A program made the translations under genes and the position numbers. A stretch of DNA of 64,000 bases from a virus (lineage: Duplodnaviria; Caudoviricetes), in IMG/VR virus record IMGVR_UViG_3300033070_001288, positions 4,841-68,840 of that record, one strand, 5' to 3'. The notes under the pieces were generated by a model, which was not told where the DNA came from, did not search any database, and worked only from the letters and a program-made list of their open reading frames with translations. Positions 1 through 9,064 of this stretch are shown here, piece after piece. Each line of letters begins with the position of its first letter. Position 1 is the first letter of the stretch.

Positions 1-2
1 AA

Positions 3-1961
3 GGCCACAACCTCCAGTGCGCCGACCGCATGATCCGCGTGCAGACGGTGTTCTCACCGGGCATGCAGGAGCAGACGCTCTCGCGCGTGTGGCGCCCCGA
101 CGTTCCCGATAAGGACGGCAACGTCCGGTACCAGCGAGACCACATCTACCTCGACTGGATCGTCTGCGAACCGTCGATTGAGATGGCCAAGATGGCGCGC
201 ATGATCTCGAAGATCATCGAGAACGCCGTCACGAAAGAAGCCGACACCAACAAGAACCTCGCCGACACCGTCGAGCGGAACAAGGAGGTGTTCGGAGCCG
301 CCAAGCGCATTCGCCTCGGCCTCGACTTCTTGCTCAAGAAAGACTTCCAGACCACCGACTCGCTGTACGCCCACTTCGCGGCGTACCAGAAGTACAAGAC
401 GTGGGAGCGCGACGAGCAGGCCGAAGAACTCGCCAAGGTCCGCAGAGACGTTGAGGCTCGCGTCGGCCGCAAGGTGAAGAAGTGGGAGCTGGGTCCGCTG
501 TCGATGCGCCGCATCGGCGTAGACACGCAGCCCACTACGATGACCGCAGACTTCGACCCAGACAACAAGCTGCAGGCTCTCGGGTACCTGCCGTTCGTCG
601 ACGGGTTCACAGGCTTCAACCCGACGAAGCTGCAGCTGGCTCCGCTCACCGTGATCGACCCTGACGAAGACGACGAAGACGCGGGCGACAGCGACGAGGA
701 GGTCGAGGAGAACATCGTGGTGGAGAAGGGTGACCCGGTCATGACCGAGTACGGTCCCGGCTTCGTCACGGCCACCCGTCGCGGTTCGAAGTTTCTGTTC
801 GTGCTCGTGCCCGGATTCTCGACTAAGCCGATCAAGACGCTGCGCTGGTGCTGCACGGCTCCCGTCGACGACGTGTCGAAGCGGGCTCTGCTGCTCATGC
901 TCAAGTCTGCTCCGAAGGGCATGCCCACCGTCAGGTTCGACGACCGCAGCGGCGCGCTGGTACCCGTGGTGAGTTCGATCCCCTCGTCTACCGTCGACAA
1001 CTACATCAAGACGGCGACGAAGGAAGCCGAGAAGCCCGCCGTCAAGGGTCGCGGTCGCGAACCCGAGGCTCCTCCGCCGAAGAAGAACCGCAGCGAAGAG
1101 CTAGACAAGCTCGCGCGCAAACTCGGCGTGACGCCGGGCACGAAGGGAGCCAAGACGAAGGCTCCCGGCATAACGCGCGCACCGGGCGTAAAGAAGACGG
1201 ACCCCTTCGTCGGCAAGAAGCCCGACGCCAAGGTGAGCCGCCAGGCAGAGATCGTGAAGAAGCAGAAGACGGCGTCGCGCCCCATCAACCTCTCCGACGA
1301 GTCGATGGTCACGCGCGCCAAGAAGCGGCTCCTCGAGGAGAAGCGTCTGGCTCGCGAGGCCGAGAAGGACGTGCGCGAGATCGAGGCGGCGATCTTCAAC
1401 GGCGTCGTCTGCATCATGACCGACGACGGCGGCGACAAGGACCCCGTGCTGCTCAAGAACGGCTTCGACCGCATCGGGCGCTCGGTACGCATCCGCGTCA
1501 AGAACCCGAAGGGGTATCGCGCGCTGGTGGACAAGCTCGCCACGAAGTTCTCGATCCCGCCGGTCAACAAGCGGGCGCTCGAAGACTTCTACGACGTGTA
1601 CGCCTCCCAGCGCGCCAACATCGCGTACCTCAAGCCCAAGTACCTGCCGTTCCACGCCAAGTGGCTGCGCGACCAGCGAAAGAAGGCGGTGAACAAGAAC
1701 GAGATTCGTCCGTGGCCGGTGGTCGAAGACGGGCTCGTGTACCTGTACATCTCGCTAGAGACTTGCCCGGCCGCCACGAAGCTGAAGCAGTTCTCGATGC
1801 CCGTCGGCGTCATGAAGCCGGTGGCGGTGCAGGCAGGCCTCGTCGCGATGGTGAAGGGCGTCAATCAGGCGAAGGCGCTCATCGCCAAGCTCGAGGCGCG
1901 CAATATCGAATTTACGAACAAGGTGAAGCTCATCCGCGAGCTGAAGAAGATTCGCGGGTAG
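3..1961 (+). CDS. SNF2/SF2-like helicase, C-terminal part (5'-truncated by window edge)
   Basis: The frame is open upstream of the track ATG at 30 and reads GHNLQCADRMIRVQTVFSPGMQEQTLSRVWRP, matching SNF2 motifs V-VI (GLNLxxAxxVI...WNP...QAxxRxxR). A long acidic then Lys-rich tail follows. Confidence 0.7.
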   Translation, partial: GHNLQCADRMIRVQTVFSPGMQEQTLSRVWRPDVPDKDGNVRYQRDHIYLDWIVCEPSIEMAKMARMISKIIENAVTKEADTNKNLADTVERNKEVFGAAKRIRLGLDFLLKKDFQTTDSLYAHFAAYQKYKTWERDEQAEELAKVRRDVEARVGRKVKKWELGPLSMRRIGVDTQPTTMTADFDPDNKLQALGYLPFVDGFTGFNPTKLQLAPLTVIDPDEDDEDAGDSDEEVEENIVVEKGDPVMTEYGPGFVTATRRGSKFLFVLVPGFSTKPIKTLRWCCTAPVDDVSKRALLLMLKSAPKGMPTVRFDDRSGALVPVVSSIPSSTVDNYIKTATKEAEKPAVKGRGREPEAPPPKKNRSEELDKLARKLGVTPGTKGAKTKAPGITRAPGVKKTDPFVGKKPDAKVSRQAEIVKKQKTASRPINLSDESMVTRAKKRLLEEKRLAREAEKDVREIEAAIFNGVVCIMTDDGGDKDPVLLKNGFDRIGRSVRIRVKNPKGYRALVDKLATKFSIPPVNKRALEDFYDVYASQRANIAYLKPKYLPFHAKWLRDQRKKAVNKNEIRPWPVVEDGLVYLYISLETCPAATKLKQFSMPVGVMKPVAVQAGLVAMVKGVNQAKALIAKLEARNIEFTNKVKLIRELKKIRG

Positions 1962-1967
1962 GCTGCT

Positions 1968-2573
1968 GTGAGCATCGGAGTTAGCATGAACCGCGTCTTC
2001 CCGCGTATGCCCGTCCCGGATGCAAATCAGGTACGCATAGACGACGTTGCGCACGCCCTGTCGAACATCTGCCGGTTCAACGGGCACACGCGTCCGTTCT
2101 TCTCGGTGCTCCACCACAGTCTCGAGGTGTCGGCTCTGTGCCGCGCCCACGCCGAGCGCTTCGGCGTTAACGCGCGGCGCGCGGCTCTGGCCGGTTTGAT
2201 GCACGACGCGCCCGAGTACGTCGTCGGAGACGTCGTGTCTCCCATGAAGCGGCGTCTGGGCAACGCGTTCAGAGACGTGTACAACGAGGCCGAGCGCGTC
2301 GTGTACGCCGCCCTCGACGTAGCAGAAGTCGCGGAGGAGTGCGCCGCCGTAGTCGAGTGGGCCGACCGAGAGATGCTCGTGTCCGACGCGTTTCGCTGGA
2401 GGGCTCGCGGCACGATCACCGACTCCGCCGGCAACTCGTACACGATACCCGAAGACGGATCGCGACCCGAGGGCCTCGTGATCCACTTCCCCGACGCGAA
2501 GCCTCTAGGTCCCGGAGAGGGAACAGACGAGTTCGTGCTGCTGTACAGATCACTCAAGGAGAGCATTCGATGA
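1968..2573 (+). CDS. HD-domain phosphohydrolase (YfbR/YfdR-like 5'-deoxynucleotidase)
   Basis: DDVAHALSNICRFNGH..FSVLHHS...GLMHDAPEYVVGDVVSPMK is the phage YfdR-type HD signature. Confidence 0.9.
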   Translation: MSIGVSMNRVFPRMPVPDANQVRIDDVAHALSNICRFNGHTRPFFSVLHHSLEVSALCRAHAERFGVNARRAALAGLMHDAPEYVVGDVVSPMKRRLGNAFRDVYNEAERVVYAALDVAEVAEECAAVVEWADREMLVSDAFRWRARGTITDSAGNSYTIPEDGSRPEGLVIHFPDAKPLGPGEGTDEFVLLYRSLKESIR

Positions 2574-2812
2574 ACAAGCTCGTAGACCCGATCGCCCTTC
2601 TCCTCGAGAAGGCATCGCTGAGCGCCACCGCGGCCCTGTCCGCCCCCGGCATCAACTCCCGCACGAAGGTCGCCGTACCGTACGAGCTGCCCCTCGTGCC
2701 GCCGGCCGGCTCGAAGCTGGTGCACGTCACGGTGGGCAGTACGTACGGGAGGCCCATCCCCGCGCTGTTCGACCCGGCCACGCGCACCACCTACCCCATA
2801 GCCGCAGACTGA
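2570..2812 (+). CDS. hypothetical protein (80 aa)
   Basis: ATGA overlap with the HD gene stop; AGGAG upstream; MNKLVDPIALL... Confidence 0.7.
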   Translation: MNKLVDPIALLLEKASLSATAALSAPGINSRTKVAVPYELPLVPPAGSKLVHVTVGSTYGRPIPALFDPATRTTYPIAAD

Positions 2813-2845
2813 GTAACGTCGTTCGGCTATTCGAGGAGGGTACGC

Positions 2846-4675
2846 GTGCTTAAAGGAATCAGCAACTACCGCAAGCAGGGCAACCGCTTCGTAGTGAACA
2901 CCAACCGAGGATACGGCGAGACGGCGCGCGTGCGGAACGCCTTCCAGGCGCGCGCCGACGCCAGCGGCGGGGGACTGCCGCCCAACACCGTAACGCGCTC
3001 GTTCGCCAAGCCGACGAGCATGCCCGCTGCCGGCGGTATCATATCCGACAGCCAGTCGGAGCTGATACGTATCGCGCGCGACATGCTCGACAACGACGCG
3101 ATCTCGGGCGCGGTGGCTCAGACGATTTCGGACAGCCTGTTCGGCAACTTCGCTCTGGGCAACATGCCAGACAAGGAGCACCTCAAGCCCTACCTGACGA
3201 GCCTCGACCGCGTCCGCATCAAGACCCTCATGCCCGCTCTGGCCCTGTCGTACCTAGTCGACGGGGCTTACTTGGGTTCGGGCGTGTTCGACGAGGACAA
3301 GAACGTGTTCTCGTCGATGATGAACCAAGACCTGCTGCACGCCACGGTGTACCCTGTGCCGTTCTTCGGCGCTACGCCCGTCGTAGACGTGGCGATCCCG
3401 CCCGACGTGCACCGCGTCATGTCTGGCATACGCGGCGACGCGCGCTTCGCCAAGTACCAAGAGTTTCTGCCGAAAGAGTTCGCGGCGGGCGGGCTCGTCA
3501 AGCTGCAGCCCGAGAACACCTTCTACATCCCGCGCCGCGGTCTCGCGCACAACCCGCTCGGCGTCTCGCTGTTCCGCCGCGTGATGATGATCTACATCCT
3601 AGAGAAGTCGCTCTCGCGCGGCACCCTAGAGATGTCGTATCGCCGCCAGCGCCCCATCCTGCACGTCGTCGCGGGTGACGAGAACTGGGACCCGTCGAAC
3701 GAGGAGATGGCCGAGCTAGCCAACCTGTTCCTCTCGGCCGACCTCGACCCTCTCGGAGCCGTCGTCACGACGCGCGTCGGCGTCAACCCGCAAGAGATCG
3801 GCGGCACCTCCGACATGTGGAAGTGGACCGACAACGTCGACGTGCTCACGAGCATGAAGCTGAAGGGCCTCGGCATGCCCGACGGCCTGCTCGGCGGCGA
3901 CATGTCGCTCGACTCGGTGTCGGCCACGCTCACCGTGTTCATCAAGCAGCTGCGCGCCCTGCGCGACTACCTGACGCGCGCGTTCTTCTACGAGAAGTTC
4001 TTCCCCTACATCGCCATCACGAACAGGCACCGCCGAGACGTTATCGGTGACTTCGAGGCTCGCGGCTCCCGCCGCACCTCCCAGTTCGCTCAGTTCACGT
4101 ACAACGAGCGGTACGTCGAGCACGCCAGCGACAGCGACGTAGACCTAGGCGACTACCTGACGCCGCACGTGATGTGGCACGAGGGCATGCGCCCTGAGGG
4201 CGACAAAGAGTACCTCGACCTGCTAATGTCTCTACTGCAGGCAGGCGTCCCCATCCCGGTCCGCATGATCGCGGCTGCAGGCGGCCAAGACATCGACGAC
4301 CTGATGAACGGCGCGCCCGACGATCTGGCTCAGCGCCAGCGCGTGTCGGAGGTGCTCCAGGCCATGAAGGAGCTGGGAGGCGAGGGAGGCGGCGACGATC
4401 AAGAGTCTTACGCCTCGGTAGCTCAGCACCTGATGCCGATGAAAAAGAAGGCGCTCAAGGACCGCGAGTTCGACGACCACCTGCGTCCGCGCACGAAGAT
4501 CAACGGCCACTCCTACGTCACGACCGCGCGCGAGCGCCGGCGCGTAGACGAGAAGATGAACCGCATCATCGCTCGCGCGCACGCAGATTTGGCACCGCGC
4601 CTCAACGCCACCCGCAAGCGCGTCGTGCCCAAGAAGCCGAGCGGAAAGTTCTTCAATCCCCTAGAGAGAGCGTAA
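2846..4675 (+). CDS. probable portal protein
   Basis: 609 aa, GTG start after GAGGAGG. HNPLGVSLFRRVMMIYILEK and KLKGLGMPDGLLGGD..LDSVSATL..FIKQLRALR segments resemble HK97/SPP1-type portals. Located near the prohead protease. Confidence 0.65.
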   Translation: MLKGISNYRKQGNRFVVNTNRGYGETARVRNAFQARADASGGGLPPNTVTRSFAKPTSMPAAGGIISDSQSELIRIARDMLDNDAISGAVAQTISDSLFGNFALGNMPDKEHLKPYLTSLDRVRIKTLMPALALSYLVDGAYLGSGVFDEDKNVFSSMMNQDLLHATVYPVPFFGATPVVDVAIPPDVHRVMSGIRGDARFAKYQEFLPKEFAAGGLVKLQPENTFYIPRRGLAHNPLGVSLFRRVMMIYILEKSLSRGTLEMSYRRQRPILHVVAGDENWDPSNEEMAELANLFLSADLDPLGAVVTTRVGVNPQEIGGTSDMWKWTDNVDVLTSMKLKGLGMPDGLLGGDMSLDSVSATLTVFIKQLRALRDYLTRAFFYEKFFPYIAITNRHRRDVIGDFEARGSRRTSQFAQFTYNERYVEHASDSDVDLGDYLTPHVMWHEGMRPEGDKEYLDLLMSLLQAGVPIPVRMIAAAGGQDIDDLMNGAPDDLAQRQRVSEVLQAMKELGGEGGGDDQESYASVAQHLMPMKKKALKDREFDDHLRPRTKINGHSYVTTARERRRVDEKMNRIIARAHADLAPRLNATRKRVVPKKPSGKFFNPLERA

Positions 4676-4676
4676 C

Positions 4677-5162
4677 ATGCCCATCAAGAAAGGCGACCTC
4701 GTCCCCAATTTCCCGAACCCCGCGAGGGAGCTGGCGACTTCGTTCCTCGAGGTAGTAGACGTCGCCGCGGCAGACGGCGACTCTATCGTGAAGATGAGGC
4801 AGCGGGTGGAGAAGGTTGCTCCGTCGGTGGAAGGCGGCAACTTCTTGGTACCCGCGTCGATGCTCAGAGACGTCAAGGTCTACCGCCTGATCGACCCGTT
4901 CGCCGACGACGCCGTGCCGGTCGACAGCCTCCGAGAAGACTACGACAGCCTGGGCACGAACCCCCGTGCGTGGGCGCGGGCGATGGCTCAGCAGACGGTA
5001 GAGGGCAGGCTCGACGAAACTACGCTGCTCGGCTGGTGCTCTCGCCTCATCGAGGCTGGAGCAGCGCGCGAGCGTGCTCTGATCCCTCGAATCTCCGCTC
5101 CGCCGAAGAAGCCGCGTCCTCCCTCTGCTCGCCCCCTGCGCACGAGGTCGGTGAAGAAGTGA
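4677..5162 (+). CDS. hypothetical protein
   Basis: Starts 1 nt after the portal stop; phage-like codon usage. Confidence 0.7.
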   Translation: MPIKKGDLVPNFPNPARELATSFLEVVDVAAADGDSIVKMRQRVEKVAPSVEGGNFLVPASMLRDVKVYRLIDPFADDAVPVDSLREDYDSLGTNPRAWARAMAQQTVEGRLDETTLLGWCSRLIEAGAARERALIPRISAPPKKPRPPSARPLRTRSVKK

Positions 5163-5365
5163 GGCTACCGCTCGGCGTTCGAGCGTTCGCGCTCAAGGCT
5201 TTCGGGTACATCGTCGTAGCCGTCACGATCGACGGCGAGGAGCGGCTGTGCACCGTGCTGTACTCGCACCCAGACAGGCTGCCGTTCGTCAACCTGAACC
5301 TGCGCGAGGGCAAGAAGACGATGTTCCTCAACTCTAAATCCGAGTACGCGTACCGATGGATTTGA
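5159..5365 (+). CDS. hypothetical protein (68 aa)
   Basis: GTGA overlap with the previous stop; VRLPLGVRAFALKAFG... Confidence 0.55.
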   Translation: MRLPLGVRAFALKAFGYIVVAVTIDGEERLCTVLYSHPDRLPFVNLNLREGKKTMFLNSKSEYAYRWI

Positions 5366-5604
5366 GCGGATACGACGAGCTAGAGTCTTTCGCCTACATC
5401 TACCAGTCGTTCCTCAATCGCGTAGTGGCCACGGGCCAGCGCCTCACCGACGCCGAGCTGTTCGCCCTAGAGTGCATGGGGTACATGATGTGCTCCGCTC
5501 TGGGCACGGCGGCGGTGATAGAGCTGAAGCGCGGCCGACGCGGCGGCGTGTCTTGCAACATACACACCGGGCCCGTACAGCCCAGCCCAAGCAAGCTACA
5601 CTGA
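5356..5604 (+). CDS. hypothetical protein (82 aa)
   Basis: Overlaps the previous stop and fills the gap before the protease. Confidence 0.55.
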   Translation: MDLSGYDELESFAYIYQSFLNRVVATGQRLTDAELFALECMGYMMCSALGTAAVIELKRGRRGGVSCNIHTGPVQPSPSKLH

Positions 5605-5605
5605 T

Positions 5606-5617
5606 CGCCAATTTGTA
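5606..5617 (+). promoter_or_regulatory. candidate phage late-promoter motif CGCCAATTTGTA
   Basis: Intergenic, 21 nt before the protease ATG. The core CC(A/T)ATTT(A/G) recurs ahead of many structural genes. Confidence 0.55.
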
Positions 5618-5638
5618 CCAACGAGACGAGAGGTCTTC

Positions 5639-6391
5639 ATGAAACTCACCGCCCCACCCGAACTCGGCAACTTCGTAGAGTACTCTGCGGCCGAGTACGC
5701 GACGGCCGAGCCCGCCATCGACCTATTTCAGGCGGTGAAGACGGGCAACCTGCCCGCGGGCATCACCGACAAGCCGAGCGTCGCGCGCTCGATGCTCGAC
5801 GTCGATCGGTGGCTACCGTACGCTGCCGAGGTGTACGGCACGTCGCGAGACATGCGCGACTACATCGTCGTGCCCACCACCATCTTCTTGTCCGAGATTC
5901 CGAACAGCAACATGGCGGCGTTCACGTTCGACGAGCTGTCGTCGTGGAACGCGCAGGCCGGGCGCATCGCGTACCGCACCTGGAAGGCGAAGCCGACCCA
6001 CGAGGAGCACGCCAACCAAGACCCGACGCAGGCGCGCGGCGTCATCTTCGATTCGTCGCTCAAGTCTGTGCCGAACTACGTCGGCAACCTCTACCGCACC
6101 GTGCTGCTGGCGGGGTGGGATCGCAACCGCTTCCCCGAGCTGGCGTCGCGCATCGCCGCAGGGCGGCACGGATACAGCATGGGCTGCTGGGTGTCCGACT
6201 ACCGCTGCTCCGTCTGCGACGCCTCGATGCGCCAGGGCGAGTGCGCCCACATCCACCCCAAGCGCGGCGTCAAGATGGCGGTGGCCGGCAACAAGCTGGT
6301 GTATCGCATCGCTCGCGGAATCACAGGCTTCGAACTCTCGGCAGTGCACCAGCCTGCATTCCGGGCAGCGTGGGCTGAGCCCATAAACTAG
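5639..6391 (+). CDS. prohead/capsid maturation protease (HK97/assemblin-like fold) with Zn-finger insert
   Basis: H in PTHEEHAN, YSMG, CSVC..ECAH and C-terminal GFELSAVHQPAF (cf. ELSxVxxPA of HK97-type proteases). Confidence 0.75.
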   Translation: MKLTAPPELGNFVEYSAAEYATAEPAIDLFQAVKTGNLPAGITDKPSVARSMLDVDRWLPYAAEVYGTSRDMRDYIVVPTTIFLSEIPNSNMAAFTFDELSSWNAQAGRIAYRTWKAKPTHEEHANQDPTQARGVIFDSSLKSVPNYVGNLYRTVLLAGWDRNRFPELASRIAAGRHGYSMGCWVSDYRCSVCDASMRQGECAHIHPKRGVKMAVAGNKLVYRIARGITGFELSAVHQPAFRAAWAEPIN

Positions 6392-7518
6392 GCACGCAGC
6401 TCGGCGCCGGCTTCATTCTTGCGAAGGGCGCGGCGACAGTCTCTGCACGAAGCGTCGTCAGGCAGCTTCGTCTTGAGAACTACGTTGCCGCTCCCGTCTA
6501 GCACTAGCAGCAAAAACTCGAATCCGGCGGTGCGCGTTCCTCTAGCTTTTGCCTTGAGCTGTAGAAAGCGCTTCGAGCGCCGATGCTTGATTCCCGCGGT
6601 GTACGAAGACTTGACTTCGACCACCAACGATCCGTTCACGAAGAAGTCGGGATAGTACTTGTGATTCTTGCCTCCGAAGCGGTAGTCGATGACAGGTGCC
6701 TTCTGAGAAACGCTATCTACTCCGAAGCGCCTGCAGAGGTACTTGGCCGCTCGGTCCTCGTAGCCGAGGCACGAGAACTTCTTGCCTTCGACCACGACGC
6801 TTCGCTTTCGAAAAGCGTTGCTGAGAGCGCGGTAGGCCACATCTGCATTCTGCATCGGGTGGTCCGCACCGTACCTCTCCTTACACGTCTTCTTGTATCG
6901 CTTGAGCTGTCGTCGGTCAGACGCTGCGTACTTTCCCTGACTCCTTCGTTTGGCTCGCGTAGTAAGTACACGTTCGACGATTTCTGGTACGCGCAACGCA
7001 TTGTCAGCTCCATAGCGCTCTATCATCGTTTCGCGCATCTTACGCTTGACTTCTTCCGACTGCGTAGCATACTCTGTTCCGTACCTAGCCCGGTTAGTCT
7101 TGCGCGCCTTGCGCTTTGCCGCTTCGCACTGGAAGGGCGTCTCGACCCCATAGCGCTTGAGATTAGTCTTCTGGCGCTGCGCTATCACCTTGGGGTCTTT
7201 GCCCGAGTGCTCTACGCCGCGCTTGCGAAGAGACGTGGCCCTCTTCTTGGCTTCGGTTCCTACACCGAGGCACGACAGGCCGCAGTAAGTCCGGAATCCC
7301 TGCGAGAACTTGATCAGCGTCGTGATGGGCTTGCTGCACACAGGACAGGGCGGTGGAGCTCCGAAGGCGGCAACGTACATGGCCCCGTGCCAAGTCATGC
7401 CTCGATCTCGCGCGTCGCGCGCTATCGCTTCGGTCCACTTCTCCGACAGCTTGCGCGCCGACCTCTCCGTCTTCTTGCCCAGTAGCAAGAACTTCGCTAC
7501 GAAATCGCTCTTGTTCAT
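6388..7518 (-). CDS. free-standing homing endonuclease: Zn-ribbon, (K/R)YG repeats, C-terminal PD-(D/E)XK (TnsA-like) nuclease
   Basis: CPVC..YCGLSC; repeats RYGVETPFQ/RYGTEYATQ/RYGADNALR/RYGADHPMQ; KYYPDFFVNGSLVVEVKS. Antisense to neighbours, AT-richer, and shares a CTAG stop overlap with the protease gene. Confidence 0.8.
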   Translation of the reverse strand: MNKSDFVAKFLLLGKKTERSARKLSEKWTEAIARDARDRGMTWHGAMYVAAFGAPPPCPVCSKPITTLIKFSQGFRTYCGLSCLGVGTEAKKRATSLRKRGVEHSGKDPKVIAQRQKTNLKRYGVETPFQCEAAKRKARKTNRARYGTEYATQSEEVKRKMRETMIERYGADNALRVPEIVERVLTTRAKRRSQGKYAASDRRQLKRYKKTCKERYGADHPMQNADVAYRALSNAFRKRSVVVEGKKFSCLGYEDRAAKYLCRRFGVDSVSQKAPVIDYRFGGKNHKYYPDFFVNGSLVVEVKSSYTAGIKHRRSKRFLQLKAKARGTRTAGFEFLLLVLDGSGNVVLKTKLPDDASCRDCRRALRKNEAGAELRA

Positions 7519-7555
7519 TGAGGAACCCCATGACTGCCAATAGCTCGAATCCTGT

Positions 7556-7582
7556 AATAAATTGGCGTAGCGCCTATTTGAT
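7556..7582. promoter_or_regulatory. back-to-back pair of candidate late-promoter motifs
   Basis: Minus-strand CGCCAATTTATT (7567-7556) points at the HEG. Plus-strand CGCCTATTTGAT (7571-7582) points at ORF 7636. Confidence 0.5.
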
Positions 7583-7635
7583 ACAGAAAATCCGCGCGGC
7601 CGGGGCAGAGCCTATCTGACGAAGAGGAGCAAGTC

Positions 7636-8277
7636 GTGAGAGACCCAATTCTATCTTCGCTATTCGTAGTCGCCCTCGAAGTGGGCATCTCGTACCTCGC
7701 CGCCATGCGCGGCATCGAGTACGTGAGGCGCCTAGTCTGGCTACAAGTCGTTCTCTGCGTTGCGATAGCCAGTAACGTGATCCCGTCGAATCTGTACGAC
7801 TTCCACCTGACGGGCATATACATGTCGGTGCTGATCGGCCTCGTAGTGGCGGACACCGAGCTGTACATACGCGGCAAGCGAGAGGTGCTCCTCACGAGCG
7901 CGCGCGACTCGATGTCGATCATGCTCAGCTCCGTGTTCCTCCTAGCGCCGGTGCTGTCGGCCAGCTTCGGCAAGAGCACGGCCTTCTTCGTCGGCGCTGC
8001 GCTGTCGATCATCTACGGGTCGCTCTACTCGCTCTACCACTACGCTCAGCCTCACGGTAGAATCTGGCGAGCGACGGTGGCGGTCACGGTAGGCAACTCG
8101 GCCCTCTCGCTAGCCAGCGCCCTCGCCGGCGTGTCTAGCCTGTCTGCGTTCTTCATCGACTACGCGATGCACCTGGGCACCTCGCTGCTCACCCTAGTGT
8201 CGGTGCACATGGCTCTGGAGGCCAGCTTCGTCGGAGAGCGAGTACCCCTGTCAGCTCCCAAGTATACCAGAAAATGA
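7636..8277 (+). CDS. polytopic membrane protein, possibly a divergent VUT/YhhQ (preQ0/preQ1) transporter
   Basis: About 6 hydrophobic segments. VAIASN..DFHLTG..GLVVAD..IRG resembles YhhQ VITSSN..GFHTTWG..FLATD..IFG. Confidence 0.4.
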   Translation: MRDPILSSLFVVALEVGISYLAAMRGIEYVRRLVWLQVVLCVAIASNVIPSNLYDFHLTGIYMSVLIGLVVADTELYIRGKREVLLTSARDSMSIMLSSVFLLAPVLSASFGKSTAFFVGAALSIIYGSLYSLYHYAQPHGRIWRATVAVTVGNSALSLASALAGVSSLSAFFIDYAMHLGTSLLTLVSVHMALEASFVGERVPLSAPKYTRK

Positions 8278-8281
8278 GAAA

Positions 8282-8644
8282 GTGGACAGGGCCGCCGGAA
8301 TGAGCGACTGGAACATACTATTCAGCGACGAGGCTCAGATGGCGGTTGCTGGAGCCCTAGGCGGAGTAGTGAGGTGGCTTACGCTTCGCAGCAACGTAGC
8401 CGACGGCATCGTCTCCATCGTCGTCGGCGCCATCTGCGCCATCTACCTGGGGCCCGTGTCGCTGCCGCTGATCGAGCCCGTGCTCGGCAAGATCGTGCTC
8501 GACGCTAACGCCCGCGCGGGCCTGTCGGGCTTCCTGATCGGCATCGGCGGCATCGGCGTGTCGAGCTTCTTGATGGAGCTGTGGCAGCGTCGCCGCGAGA
8601 TAGTACACGCGCCCGTGATCGGGCCCACGAAGGAGAACGACTGA
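8282..8644 (+). CDS. putative holin
   Basis: Three short hydrophobic segments. AGALGGVVRWL..IVVGAICAIYLGP..GFLIGIGG with basic C-tail WQRRRE, typical of alphaproteobacterial phage holins. True start may be the ATG at 8300. Confidence 0.6.
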   Translation: MDRAAGMSDWNILFSDEAQMAVAGALGGVVRWLTLRSNVADGIVSIVVGAICAIYLGPVSLPLIEPVLGKIVLDANARAGLSGFLIGIGGIGVSSFLMELWQRRREIVHAPVIGPTKEND

Positions 8645-9006
8645 TGGCCGGCATCTTTACCCCTCTAGCCGGCGACGGCGCCTCCAGCCCCTGGCGAACT
8701 CGCGGCTCGTTCGATCCCACGGCTCCCGTCAACGCCGCGGCGGCCAACCTGCCCGTCCAGTCGGACGTGGTAATCGGGCCATATCTCAACGTGGCGCCGG
8801 GCGACGCGTTCATCGTCACGCGCCCGTTCTCCTATGCGGCTCTCAGCAACGGCGCGTTCGACGCCGTGCCTGGAGATCGCGTCGTGTACGTCGGCGGTAC
8901 GATCACGCTCGCGGCGTCGTGGCTGTTCGTGCCCGAGGCATACAAGTACGGTGCGGGTGCGCGTCTGGCGGTGATTTCGCAGCTCGATCCCGCCTTCTTG
9001 ATGTAA
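8644..9006 (+). CDS. hypothetical (possibly virion) protein, 120 aa
   Basis: TGATG coupling to the holin stop. Confidence 0.65.
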   Translation: MAGIFTPLAGDGASSPWRTRGSFDPTAPVNAAAANLPVQSDVVIGPYLNVAPGDAFIVTRPFSYAALSNGAFDAVPGDRVVYVGGTITLAASWLFVPEAYKYGAGARLAVISQLDPAFLM

Positions 9007-9016
9007 ATACCGCACC

Positions 9017-9049
9017 TTGACACGCGGTAGAAGTCCGAGTAAACTCGGA
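9017..9049 (+). promoter_or_regulatory. sigma70-type promoter with overlapping palindrome
   Basis: TTGACA (9017-22), 17 bp, TAAACT (9040-45). Inverted repeat TCCGAGT-AA-ACTCGGA (9034-9049) covers the -10. Confidence 0.75.
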
Positions 9050-9064
9050 GTATTCGATACCACG

